A DNA stretch of 64,000 bases from Vulcanimicrobiota bacterium (lineage in GTDB: Bacteria > Vulcanimicrobiota > Vulcanimicrobiia > Vulcanimicrobiales > Vulcanimicrobiaceae): the NCBI GenBank assembly GCA_963791645.1, contig CAWBTJ010000050.1:3277-67276 (forward strand), in the 5' to 3' direction. Positions 36,803-48,245 of this stretch are shown one piece after another; position 1 is the stretch's first letter; every line of letters starts with the position of its first letter. Position numbers and translations under genes: made by a program. The notes beneath the pieces are model-generated. The model saw only the letters and a list, made by a program, of their open reading frames with translations. It searched no databases and was not told the DNA's origin.

Positions 36803-37968
36803 GCAGCGTCGTGACGGCCGTCGCCTGCGTCGTGTGCGGGACGCGCAGCGGCGAGCCCGCCTACCGCCATGACGGTGCGATGTCCATCTCGTCGACGGCG
36901 CGCGCGATCGCCGCGCCGACGATCGTCTACGTGTGCGAAGTGTGCGGGCACGTGCAGACGCCGCCGCTCGACGACATCGGCGGCTACTACGACACCGCGT
37001 ACAACGTGCACCTCGAGAGCGACGACGCCGACGATCTGTACGCAATGCGCGACGGCGTGCCGCTGTATCGCGCGCAGCACCAGGCGAACGTCGCGCTCGA
37101 GAAGCTGGCGCTGCCGCCCGGCGCATCGGTGCTCGACTACGGCTGCGGCAAAGCGATGTCGCTGCGCGCGCTGCTCGCGGCGCGCCCCGACCTCGACGGC
37201 GCCGTGTTCGACGTGAGCGACGCGTACCGCGCCGCGTGGGACGCGTTCGTCCCGCGCGCCAACCAGGCCGCCTACGCGCCGCCGCCGGAATGGTCGGGGC
37301 GTTTCGACGCCGTGCTCTCGTTCTTCGCGCTCGAGCACGTCGGGGACCCGCGCGGTTTTCTGACGACGATCCGCGCATTGCTGCGGCCCGGCGGCACGCT
37401 CCATTTGACGGTGCCGAACGTGCGCCGCAACGCCGGCGACTTCATCGTCGTCGACCACGTCAACCACTTCATGCCGAGCTCGCTGCGCCGCGCGCTCTCG
37501 GACGCGGGCTTCACCGACGTACGCATCGACGAGGAGGCGCACGACGCCGCGTACGTCGTCGACGCGCGGCGCGGCGTTGCGCCGGCCGACGTGGCGGCGC
37601 ATGCCGGCGTCGTCGCGTACGTCGCCGAGGCGCGGCGGTTCGCGGGCTTCTGGTCGACGGCGAACGACGCGGTCGCGTCGTTCGAGCGCGAGCAGGGGCT
37701 GGGCCGCAAGAGCGCGATCTACGGCAGCGGCTTTTACGGCGTGTTCATCGCGAGCCGGCTGGCCGACCGTTCGAACCTCGCCTACTTCCTCGACCGCAAC
37801 CCGCACCAGCAAGCCAAGCGCATCTTCGACCGGCCCGTGCTTGCGCCCGGTGCGATCGAGGACGACGTCGACGTGGTGTACGTGGGCCTCAACCCGGCCC
37901 AGGCTGCCCGGATCGCCGCCGGGGTCGCCCCGCTCCACAGGCGCAAGCGGGCATTCTTTTTCATCTGA
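36799..37968 (+). CDS. class I SAM-dependent methyltransferase with N-terminal Zn-binding CxxC pairs
   Basis: CVVCG...CEVCGHVQ, VLDYGCGK, FALEHV, DHVNHF. Confidence 0.88.
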   Translation: MSSVVTAVACVVCGTRSGEPAYRHDGAMSISSTARAIAAPTIVYVCEVCGHVQTPPLDDIGGYYDTAYNVHLESDDADDLYAMRDGVPLYRAQHQANVALEKLALPPGASVLDYGCGKAMSLRALLAARPDLDGAVFDVSDAYRAAWDAFVPRANQAAYAPPPEWSGRFDAVLSFFALEHVGDPRGFLTTIRALLRPGGTLHLTVPNVRRNAGDFIVVDHVNHFMPSSLRRALSDAGFTDVRIDEEAHDAAYVVDARRGVAPADVAAHAGVVAYVAEARRFAGFWSTANDAVASFEREQGLGRKSAIYGSGFYGVFIASRLADRSNLAYFLDRNPHQQAKRIFDRPVLAPGAIEDDVDVVYVGLNPAQAARIAAGVAPLHRRKRAFFFI

Positions 37969-37994
37969 CCGCCCTTCCCCCGGACGCGACGGCC

Positions 37995-38003
37995 TGGTAT
38001 AGT
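37995..38003 (+). promoter_or_regulatory. extended -10 promoter of rpsB
   Basis: TGGTATAGT ~120 nt upstream of rpsB. Confidence 0.5.
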
Positions 38004-38120
38004 GCTAAGGTTGCCCAGGATTCCCGGGCACGATTTCAGCCGCCCGGAGGGCGGCGGTGCATGCGTCCACCACGGCGCCAAGGACGGCGGCCACGGACTC
38101 AGAGAGGCTCGTAGTTCACC

Positions 38121-38885
38121 ATGGCATCAGGCGTCACCATGCGCGCTCTTCTTGAGGCGGGGGTCCATTTCGGACACCAGACCCGCCGCTGGAATCCGAA
38201 GATGAAACCGTACATCTTCCAAGAGCGAAACGGTATCTACATCATCGACCTGTCGAAAACGTTGGCGATGCTCAACGACGTGTTCGACGCGGTCAAGGAA
38301 ATGTCGCGTCAGGGCCGCGTCGTGCTGTTCGTCGGCACGAAGAAGCAGGCTCAGGACGTCGTGCGTGAAGAGGCCGAGCGCGCCGGCACGTTCTTCGTCA
38401 ACCAGCGCTGGCTGGGCGGCACGCTCACCAACTTCGCGACGATCCAAAAGCGCATCTCGCGCCTGCGCGAGCTCGAGGGCATGCGCCAGCAAGGCACGTT
38501 CGATCTGCTTCCGAAAAAAGAAGTGGCGCGGCTGACCGACGAGCTGGAGAAGCTCGAGAAATTCCTCGGCGGCATCAAGGACATGCACCGCCTTCCGGAC
38601 GCGATCTTCATCGTCGACCCGAAGAAGGAACGCATCGCCGTCGCCGAGGCCAAGAAGCTCAACATCCCGATCATCGCGGTCATCGACACCAACTGCGATC
38701 CCGACGAGATCAACTACGCGGTGCCGGGCAACGACGACGCGATCCGCAGCGTGCGGCTGATGGTGTCCACCATCGCCAACGCGATCGTCGAAGGCAAGAC
38801 CGAGACCGAGTCCGCGTACGACGCGGCCGACTACGACCAGCAATACACCGAGCTCGCGCCCGAACCGGCGGCGGCCGGAGTCTGA
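38121..38885 (+). CDS. rpsB: 30S ribosomal protein S2
   Basis: [34 protein letters not shown]. Confidence 0.99.
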   Translation: MASGVTMRALLEAGVHFGHQTRRWNPKMKPYIFQERNGIYIIDLSKTLAMLNDVFDAVKEMSRQGRVVLFVGTKKQAQDVVREEAERAGTFFVNQRWLGGTLTNFATIQKRISRLRELEGMRQQGTFDLLPKKEVARLTDELEKLEKFLGGIKDMHRLPDAIFIVDPKKERIAVAEAKKLNIPIIAVIDTNCDPDEINYAVPGNDDAIRSVRLMVSTIANAIVEGKTETESAYDAADYDQQYTELAPEPAAAGV

Positions 38886-38898
38886 GCGAGAGAACGAC

Positions 38899-40832
<1,934 letters not shown>

Positions 40833-40863
40833 GCACCTCCATACTCTCCTCGAAGATGTCACG

Positions 40864-41049
40864 ATGCTCCCGTGGCGCGCGGCACTTCAGGCGCTCGGCG
40901 ACCGGGCGTTGCGGTTTCGCGTGTTGACCCCGCCCTATGCTGCTGTTGGCGTCGGGGTGCTGCGTGCGCTGCGGGTGCGCGCGCTCGACGGCGAGCACGA
41001 TGGCGCGTGGGAGCTCGTTGCCGGCTATGACGGGTACGAGCGCATCTAG
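40864..41049 (+). CDS. small hypothetical protein between frr and uppS; start uncertain
   Basis: 61-aa ORF fills most of the gap and stops 1 nt before the uppS ATG. Confidence 0.55.
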   Translation: MLPWRAALQALGDRALRFRVLTPPYAAVGVGVLRALRVRALDGEHDGAWELVAGYDGYERI

Positions 41050-41050
41050 G

Positions 41051-41785
41051 ATGGCTACGCTGCTCAAGCCGCCGCGCGGGGTGACGCTGGATGCGAGCCG
41101 TCTGCCCAAGCACGTCGCGATCATCATGGACGGGAACCGCCGCTGGGCGCGCGCGCGGCGCCTGCCCGCGATCGAAGGTCATCGCCGCGGTATCGTCGCG
41201 CTGCGCGACGTCACGCGCGCGGCGAGCGACTGGGGCATCCCGATGCTCACCGTCTACGGGTTCTCCACCGAGAACTGGAAGCGCGACAAGACGGAGATCT
41301 CGCTGCTTCTCGACCTGTGCGTGTACTTCGCGCAGAACGAGCTCGCGGAGCTCGACCGCAACAACGTGCGCGTGCAGATCATCGGGCGCTACGAACAATT
41401 GCCGGCGGCGTCGAAGGACGCGCTCGACCGGCTCGTGGCGAAGACCGCACGCAACACCGGTCTCGTGCTCAACCTCGCGGTGAACTACAGCGCCCGCAGC
41501 GAGCTCCGCGACGCGGTCGCGCGCATGATGCGCGACGTGCAGGCCGGGTCGCTGGCGATCGACGCGATCGAGGACGACACGCTGGCGTCGTACCTGACCA
41601 CCGCGGGGATGCCGGATCCCGATCTGCTGATCCGGCCCGGCGGCGAGTCGCGGCTGTCGAACTTCCTGCTGTACCAGGTCGCGTACGCCGAGCTGGTGCT
41701 GCGCGACACGTTCTGGCCTGATTTCTCGCGCGACGCTTTCGGCGAAGCGATCGCCGAGTACCAGCGCCGGCTCGACGAGCGATGA
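41051..41785 (+). CDS. uppS: undecaprenyl diphosphate synthase
   Basis: HVAIIMDGNRRWA, FSTENWKR, PDLLIRPGGESRLSNFLL. Confidence 0.96.
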   Translation: MATLLKPPRGVTLDASRLPKHVAIIMDGNRRWARARRLPAIEGHRRGIVALRDVTRAASDWGIPMLTVYGFSTENWKRDKTEISLLLDLCVYFAQNELAELDRNNVRVQIIGRYEQLPAASKDALDRLVAKTARNTGLVLNLAVNYSARSELRDAVARMMRDVQAGSLAIDAIEDDTLASYLTTAGMPDPDLLIRPGGESRLSNFLLYQVAYAELVLRDTFWPDFSRDAFGEAIAEYQRRLDER

Positions 41786-42657
41786 CGACAGCGGCGTCCG
41801 CGGCGCCCGCGTCGGCGAAAGAACCCAACCCGCAGCCGTCGGTCAGCACGCGCCGCGTCGTGATCGGGCTGGTGCTCGCGGTCGTCGGCTTCGCGGCCGT
41901 CGCGTGGCTGCCCGCATTCACCGTGCTCGTGCTGTTCCTCGCGTCGTGCTGCGTGTACGAGTTCGCGGGGCTGTCGGCGCGCAAAGGGCCCGCGGTCGAG
42001 CTCCCCGTCGCGATGGCGGCGGTGTGGGCGTACATCATCCTGACCCACTTCGGCCTGATCCACCGCTACGAAGGGATCTTGCTCGCGGCAACGGTGATCG
42101 TCGCGCTCGCGACCGCGACGTTCACCTCGGAGTCCGGCTACTTCGCGCGCAGCGGCTACACGCTGCTCTGCGTGCTGTACATCGGCAAGCTCCTGACGTA
42201 CTTCATCGCGATCCGGGCGCTGCACGACGGCGCGCTGTGGATGGTCTGGATCATCTTCATCGTCGCGTTCACCGACATCTTCGCGATGCTGATCGGCACC
42301 GCGTTCGGTAAGCATTTGCTCACGAAACTGTCGCCGAAGAAAACCGTGGAGGGCGCGGTCGGCGGATTCGCGGCCGCGCTGATCGCGGGCGCGGCGATCG
42401 CGCTGGTGCCGTGGGTGCACGTCGCGTGGTGGCAAGGCATGATCGTCGCCGCGATCACGTCGTTCGCCGCGCAGGCCGGCGATCTCGTCGAGAGCGCGCT
42501 CAAGCGCGACGCGAAGGTCAAGGACGCGGGCTCGCTGATCTCCGGCCACGGCGGCGTGCTCGACCGCTTCGACTCCTACATCTTCGCGGGCATCGCGTTC
42601 TACTTCGCGCTGTACGTGATCGGCGTGATCTCGCAGTACCGGCTGGTGAACTCGTGA
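41782..42657 (+). CDS. cdsA: phosphatidate cytidylyltransferase
   Basis: SPKKTVEG, GDLVESALKRDAKVKDAG, GHGGVLDRFDS. Confidence 0.96.
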   Translation: MTTAASAAPASAKEPNPQPSVSTRRVVIGLVLAVVGFAAVAWLPAFTVLVLFLASCCVYEFAGLSARKGPAVELPVAMAAVWAYIILTHFGLIHRYEGILLAATVIVALATATFTSESGYFARSGYTLLCVLYIGKLLTYFIAIRALHDGALWMVWIIFIVAFTDIFAMLIGTAFGKHLLTKLSPKKTVEGAVGGFAAALIAGAAIALVPWVHVAWWQGMIVAAITSFAAQAGDLVESALKRDAKVKDAGSLISGHGGVLDRFDSYIFAGIAFYFALYVIGVISQYRLVNS

Positions 42658-43826
42658 CCCGGCGACCGGCTCACGGTGGCCGCAAGCGCGTCGCGATCCT
42701 CGGCAGCACGGGCAGCATCGGCCGTCAGGCGCTCGACGTCGTCGCGCGCCATCCCGAACGCTTCGAGGTCGTCGGGCTCGCCGCAGGTCGCAACGTCGAT
42801 CTGCTCGCCGAGCAGGTCGCCCGTTTCGGGCCGCGGGTCGTTTCCGCCGCCGCCGACGGTCAGGCCGGGCTGTACGCCGTCGCCTGCGAGAGCGGTGCGC
42901 AGATCGTGCTCGCCGCCACCGACGGTTCCGTCGCGTTCGACGCCGTGTTCGCCGCGGTCGACCGCGGCATCGACGTCGCCGTCGCGAACAAAGAGCTGAT
43001 CGTCGCCGCGGGCGAGCTGCTCGTCGCGCACGCGGCGCGCAGCGGCGCGACGCTGCTGCCGGTCGACAGCGAGCACTCCGCGATCTTTCAATGCCTGCAG
43101 GGTGCGCCGCGCGACCGCGTCGCCGCGATCGTCATCACCGCGTCGGGCGGACCGTTTCGCGACCGCACCGCGGAACAGATCGCGTCGGCGACCGTCGCCG
43201 AAGCGCTCGCGCACCCGACCTGGCAGATGGGCGTGAAGAACACCATCGACTCGGCGACGCTGATGAACAAGGGCCTCGAAGTGATCGAAGCGTCGAAGTG
43301 GTTCGGCGTGCCCGGCGACCGCGTCCAAGTCGTCGTCCACCGCACGTCGGTCGCACACGGCTTCGTGGTGTTCACCGACGGCAACGTGATCGGCCAGATC
43401 GCCGCGCCCGACATGCGGCTGCCGATCGGCTACGCCCTGGCCTACCCGGACCGGCTCGACGACCGCGCGGGCGCGGGCGATCCCATCGAGGCGCTGGGCG
43501 GGCCGCCCGGCGCGGACGTGACGGCGCTGACCTTCGAGCGCCCCGACCCCCAGCGGTTCCCTTGCCTGCGGCTAGCTTACGAGGCGCTGGCGCTCGGTGG
43601 GACCGCACCGGCCGTGCTCTCAGCGGCGAATGAGGTTGCGGTGGCAGCGTTCGTGGCCGGGGACATCCGGTTCGGGGACATCCCCGTTTGCATCGAAACG
43701 GCCCTCCGCCGGGTCGATAACACTACTATCAGCCTCGACGCCGTTCGCGTCGCCGACCGCTTGGCCCGAGACGAGGCACATGCGTTCGTCGTTCTACGGA
43801 CAGCCGAGGCTTCACGGAGCACATGA
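42654..43826 (+). CDS. dxr: 1-deoxy-D-xylulose 5-phosphate reductoisomerase
   Basis: ILGSTGSIG, ANKE, PVDSEHSA, HPTWQMG.KNTIDSATLMNKGLE. Confidence 0.97.
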   Translation: MTRRPAHGGRKRVAILGSTGSIGRQALDVVARHPERFEVVGLAAGRNVDLLAEQVARFGPRVVSAAADGQAGLYAVACESGAQIVLAATDGSVAFDAVFAAVDRGIDVAVANKELIVAAGELLVAHAARSGATLLPVDSEHSAIFQCLQGAPRDRVAAIVITASGGPFRDRTAEQIASATVAEALAHPTWQMGVKNTIDSATLMNKGLEVIEASKWFGVPGDRVQVVVHRTSVAHGFVVFTDGNVIGQIAAPDMRLPIGYALAYPDRLDDRAGAGDPIEALGGPPGADVTALTFERPDPQRFPCLRLAYEALALGGTAPAVLSAANEVAVAAFVAGDIRFGDIPVCIETALRRVDNTTISLDAVRVADRLARDEAHAFVVLRTAEASRST

Positions 43827-44932
43827 GCGCGCAATCAATCGTCCTCTTCCTGGTGATGCTGTCCGTCCTGGTGGTGCTCCACGAGTACGGCCATTTCATC
43901 GTGGCCCGGCTCAACGGCGTGCGGGTGACGGACTTCGCGATGGGCATGGGCCCGACGCTGCTCAAGTGGACCTCGCCGCGCAGCGGCACCCACTATCGGC
44001 TCAACCTGCTCCCCATCGGCGGCTACTGCCAGATGAAGGGTGAGGACGGCCAGTCGAGCCAGGCCGAGCAGCAGCGCCAGTTCCGCAAGACCGCGGCCGA
44101 CTACGAGCCCGACAACTTCCAGGCCAAGACGCCGCTCCAGCGCCTCTCGATCGTCCTGGCCGGTCCCGTCGCGAACTTCATCGTAGCGCTCGTGCTGCTG
44201 TTCGGCGGCGCGCTCGCCTTCGGGATCCCGGGCGAGAAGGTGTCGGCGACGATCTATCAGCTGGTGCCGGGGATGCCGGCCGACAAAGCCGGGCTGCGGT
44301 CGGGCGATACGATCGTGTCGATCAACGGGCAACCGGTACGCGACGGCGATGCGCTCGTGAAAACGATCCATGCGTCCACCGGGAAGCGGCTGCACCTCGT
44401 CTACGTGCGCAACGCCCACGAATTCCCGGTCGACGTGACGCCGGTCGCGCTGAAGAGCCCCAACGGCCGGATGGAAGGGCATCTCGGCTTCGCCCCGCTG
44501 CCGACGTCGCAGCGCGTCGGCGTCGCCATGGCGTGGCGGGCGACCTGGTCGCAGTTCACCGGCGTGATCGAAGCGACGACGGGGGCGCTCGGCGCGCTCG
44601 TCACCCACCCGTCCACGGTCGCCGGCCAGGTGCAGGGCCCGATCGGGATGGCGCGCGTGTCGGCGCAGGCCCAGCAGTTCGGCCCGTTCATCTTTCTCTC
44701 GCTGGCCGCCATGATCTCGATCTCGCTCGGCATCTTCAACTTGCTGCCGATCCCGGCGCTCGACGGCGGTCGCGGCGTGTTCATCCTGGTCGAGATGCTG
44801 CGCGGGCGGCCCGTCGATCCCGAGAAAGAGGCGCTCGTGCACGTCGGCGGTTTCGCCGTGCTGATCGCGCTGATGCTGGCCGTGTCGTTCCACGACGTGT
44901 CGGCGGCGATCTCGGGCCGGAGCGCCTTCTAG
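43823..44932 (+). CDS. rseP: RIP metalloprotease RseP (M50 plus PDZ)
   Basis: HEYGH, PDZ-like PADKAGLRSGD, NLLPIPALDGG. Confidence 0.95.
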   Translation: MSAQSIVLFLVMLSVLVVLHEYGHFIVARLNGVRVTDFAMGMGPTLLKWTSPRSGTHYRLNLLPIGGYCQMKGEDGQSSQAEQQRQFRKTAADYEPDNFQAKTPLQRLSIVLAGPVANFIVALVLLFGGALAFGIPGEKVSATIYQLVPGMPADKAGLRSGDTIVSINGQPVRDGDALVKTIHASTGKRLHLVYVRNAHEFPVDVTPVALKSPNGRMEGHLGFAPLPTSQRVGVAMAWRATWSQFTGVIEATTGALGALVTHPSTVAGQVQGPIGMARVSAQAQQFGPFIFLSLAAMISISLGIFNLLPIPALDGGRGVFILVEMLRGRPVDPEKEALVHVGGFAVLIALMLAVSFHDVSAAISGRSAF

Positions 44933-44933
44933 C

Positions 44934-46088
44934 GTGATTCGCTTGCGCCGGCACACCAAGGCCGTACTGCTGGAAAACAAGTCGGCCTGGTCCAAGGACG
45001 CAAAGAAAGTGTGGATCGGCGGCGACCATCCCATCGTCGTGCAGTCGATGACCACCACCGACACGGCCGACGTCGACAAGACGCTCGAGCAGGTCTACGC
45101 GCTGGCCATGGCCGGCTGCGAGGTGGTTCGGGTGACGTGCCAGGACGCGCGCGACGCCGCGGGGCTGCCGCACATCGTGGCGCGCTCGCCGGTGCCCATC
45201 GTCGCGGACGTCCACTTCGACCACCGCATGGCGCTGGCCGCGATCGAGGCCGGGGTCGCGAAGCTGCGGCTCAACCCGGGCAACATCACCGACCCGGTCA
45301 AGACGCGCGAGGTCGTCAAGCTCGCCGTCGAGCGCGGCACGCCGATCCGCATCGGCGTGAACATGGGCTCGCTGGCGCGCGACCTCGAGGAGAAGCTCGG
45401 CCACACGCCCGAGGCGCTCGCCGCGTCGGCGCTGCGCCACGTCGAGCTGCTCGAAGAGCTGGGCCACACCGACATCGTCATCTCGGTCAAGGCGCACGAC
45501 GCCGTGACCACGATCTACTCGTACCGGCTGCTCGCCAAGCAGCTCGACGAGCGCGGCACGCCGTACCCGCTCCACCTCGGCGTCACCGAGGCGGGCCTGC
45601 CGCTGGCCGGGACGATCAAGTCGTCGATCGGCCTGGGCGTCCTGCTGTTCGAAGGGATCGGCGACACGCTGCGCGTCTCGCTGGCGGCCGATCCGGTCGA
45701 AGAGGTTCCGGTCGCCTGGGGCATCCTCACGGCGCTCGGGCTGCGGGAGAAGGGCTTCGACATCACCGCCTGCCCGTCGTGCGGCCGCGCGGAGATCGAG
45801 GTCGTCGAGCTGGCCCGCATGGTCGAGGCGATAGCCAAAGAGTACACGGCGCCCGTCAAGGTGGCGGTGATGGGCTGTGTCGTCAACGGCCCAGGCGAGT
45901 CTAAGATGGCTGATGTAGGGATAGCAGGAGGCAAGGGCAAGGGCGCGATCTTTCGCAAGGGCGAGCTGGTCGGGACCTATCCTGAGGCCGAGTTGCTAGG
46001 CCGCCTCCGCATCGAGATCGAAAAGGTCATCGAGCAGCAGTACCCGGACTACGTCCACGAGATCCACCGTGAAGCGACACCTGCGTAA
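44934..46088 (+). CDS. ispG: HMB-PP synthase IspG
   Basis: VQSMTTT, ADVHF, RLNPGN, HLGVTEAG, CPSCGR, MGCVVNGPGE. Confidence 0.97.
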   Translation: MIRLRRHTKAVLLENKSAWSKDAKKVWIGGDHPIVVQSMTTTDTADVDKTLEQVYALAMAGCEVVRVTCQDARDAAGLPHIVARSPVPIVADVHFDHRMALAAIEAGVAKLRLNPGNITDPVKTREVVKLAVERGTPIRIGVNMGSLARDLEEKLGHTPEALAASALRHVELLEELGHTDIVISVKAHDAVTTIYSYRLLAKQLDERGTPYPLHLGVTEAGLPLAGTIKSSIGLGVLLFEGIGDTLRVSLAADPVEEVPVAWGILTALGLREKGFDITACPSCGRAEIEVVELARMVEAIAKEYTAPVKVAVMGCVVNGPGESKMADVGIAGGKGKGAIFRKGELVGTYPEAELLGRLRIEIEKVIEQQYPDYVHEIHREATPA

Positions 46089-46551
46089 CATCGTCCCGAG
46101 CGGACGAACGATCGTAGCCACCGCCGTGACCGCCCTGGTCGCGTCGCTGTCGCTTGCGCTGTCGACACCGGCCTCAATCAGCGTCGACGGCCAGCGGCTC
46201 GCTTCCGACGTCGCTCCGGTCACGACGCTCAGCGGCGCGTATCTTCCGCTGCGTGCGGTCGCCGATGCGGCGGGCGCGCAGACGTCGTTCGACACCGCCG
46301 ACGGTCAGATCGTCGTGCGCCGCGGAACCGACGTGCTCGTGATGCGCGCCGGCACCACCGCCGCGCGCATGAACGGCCACGCCGTCACGCTCGCGCACGC
46401 GCCGTTCACCGTGCACGGCCGCACGATGGTCGCGAGCGCGACGATCGCGAGCACGCTCGGCTCGACCGTCCGCTACGATGCGAAGCACGACCGCGTGGTC
46501 GTGCGCACGCCGGGCGTGGTCGTCGCCGGCGCCGCCGACGACACCCCGTAA
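46069..46551 (+). CDS. secreted copper amine oxidase N-terminal (stalk) domain protein
   Basis: Signal peptide; YLPLRAVA, APFTVHGRTMV, LGSTVRYD. Confidence 0.75.
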   Translation: MKRHLRNIVPSGRTIVATAVTALVASLSLALSTPASISVDGQRLASDVAPVTTLSGAYLPLRAVADAAGAQTSFDTADGQIVVRRGTDVLVMRAGTTAARMNGHAVTLAHAPFTVHGRTMVASATIASTLGSTVRYDAKHDRVVVRTPGVVVAGAADDTP

Positions 46552-46650
46552 TCTGAACCTGACCTAGCATCACGCCCGGTCGCGAGCACGCAAGCGTGTG
46601 TCGCATCGAGGCGTACGGGTACGAAGTTCGTACGCGCTGGAGGTTTGGGC

Positions 46651-47265
46651 ATGGACTATGGCAAGGTGACGCGCCGTCGCTTTTTGTTGCGGGCGGTGCT
46701 TCCGGCGATCGCTGCGGGGGCTGCGCTCGGATCGCCGCGGTTGAGCGTGGCCCTCGCCGCGGTGACATCGGTCTCCGTGCTGCCGTCGACCGGGCCCGGA
46801 CCGGTCCCGGTGACGCTGAACGTCAACGGGACGGCGCACGCGCTACGGATCGAGCCGCGCGTGACCTTGCTCGACGCGCTGCGCGAGCGGCTCGCGCTGA
46901 CCGGGACCAAGAAGGGCTGCGACCAAGGCACGTGCGGCGCATGCACGGTGCTCGTCGACGGGCGGCGCGTGAACTCGTGCCTCACGCTCGCGGTGATGGC
47001 GCAGGGCAAAGCCGTCACGACCATCGAGGGGCTCGCGAACGGCGACCAGCTGCATCCGGTGCAGGCGGCGTTTCTCGCGCACGACGGGTTTCAGTGCGGC
47101 TATTGCACGCCGGGACAGATCATGTCCGGCGTCGCGCTGATCGCTGAGAAGCGGCCGACCGACGAAGCGTCGGTGCGCGAGTGGATGAGCGGGAACATCT
47201 GCCGCTGCGGCGCCTACCCGAACATCGTCGCCGCGGTGCGCGACGCCGCCGGAGCACGGTCGTGA
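46651..47265 (+). CDS. aldehyde oxidoreductase 2Fe-2S subunit with Tat signal (PaoA/YagT-like)
   Basis: TRRRFL; GTKKGCDQGTCGACTV; QCGYCTPG; CRCGAY. Confidence 0.92.
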   Translation: MDYGKVTRRRFLLRAVLPAIAAGAALGSPRLSVALAAVTSVSVLPSTGPGPVPVTLNVNGTAHALRIEPRVTLLDALRERLALTGTKKGCDQGTCGACTVLVDGRRVNSCLTLAVMAQGKAVTTIEGLANGDQLHPVQAAFLAHDGFQCGYCTPGQIMSGVALIAEKRPTDEASVREWMSGNICRCGAYPNIVAAVRDAAGARS

Positions 47266-48245
47266 AGGCGTTCCGGTACGCGCAGGCGCACGACGTCGCG
47301 TCGGCGATGGCGACCGTCGCCGCCGATCCCGGCGCGCGCTACGTCGCCGGCGGCACCAACGTCATCGACTTGATGAAAGAGTACGTCGAACAGCCCTCGC
47401 TGCTCGTCGACATCACGCATCTTCCGCTGCGCGGGATCGATGTCACGCCGCACGGCGTGCGTGTCGGCGCGCTGGCGCTGATGAGCGATACGGCGGATCA
47501 CCCAGCCGTGGCGCACGGCTTTCCGGCCGTGTCACAGGCGCTGCTGCTGAGCGCGTCGCCGCAGCTGCGCAACATGGCGACGATCGGCGGCAACGTCATG
47601 CAGCGCACGCGCTGCGCATATTTCCGCGACGTCTCGCAGTCGTGCAACAAGCGCGCGCCGGGCAGCGGCTGCGCGGCGTTCGACGGCGTGAACCGCCAGC
47701 ACGCCGTCGTCGGCGGAAGCGAGCACTGCATCTGCACGCATCCGTCCGATCTCGCCGTCGCGCTGCTCGCGGTCGACGCGGTCGTGCACGTCCGCGGCCG
47801 CGCCGGCGAGCGCACGATCCCGTTCGAGCGGTTGCACGTGCTGCCCGGTGCGACGCCCCAGCGCGAGACGGTGCTCGAGCGCGGCGACCTCATCACCGCC
47901 ATCGAGTTGCCCGCGAGCGCGCACGCGCGCGGCTCGTACTATCTCAAGGTGCGCGACCGCGCGTCGTACGAGTTCGCGCTCGTCTCGGTCGCCGCGGCGC
48001 TCGACGTCGCCGGCGGCGTCGTGCGCGCCGCGCGCATCGCCCTGGGCGGCGTCGCACCCAAGCCGTGGCGCAGCCACGACGCGGAAGCCGCGCTGGTCGG
48101 GCGGCCGGCGACTGCCGCGACGTTCGCTGCCGCGGCGCGCGCCGCGACGCGCGGCATGCGCGGCTACGGCCAGAACGACTTCAAGCTCGCGCTGACGCAG
48201 CGCGCCGTCGCGCGCGCGCTCGCGCATGCCGGCGGTGCCGCGTGA
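47262..48245 (+). CDS. aldehyde oxidoreductase FAD subunit (PaoB/YagS-like)
   Basis: AGGTN, ASPQLRNMATIGGN, RTRC.YFRD..CNKR, KVRDRASYEFALVS. Confidence 0.92.
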   Translation: MKAFRYAQAHDVASAMATVAADPGARYVAGGTNVIDLMKEYVEQPSLLVDITHLPLRGIDVTPHGVRVGALALMSDTADHPAVAHGFPAVSQALLLSASPQLRNMATIGGNVMQRTRCAYFRDVSQSCNKRAPGSGCAAFDGVNRQHAVVGGSEHCICTHPSDLAVALLAVDAVVHVRGRAGERTIPFERLHVLPGATPQRETVLERGDLITAIELPASAHARGSYYLKVRDRASYEFALVSVAAALDVAGGVVRAARIALGGVAPKPWRSHDAEAALVGRPATAATFAAAARAATRGMRGYGQNDFKLALTQRAVARALAHAGGAA

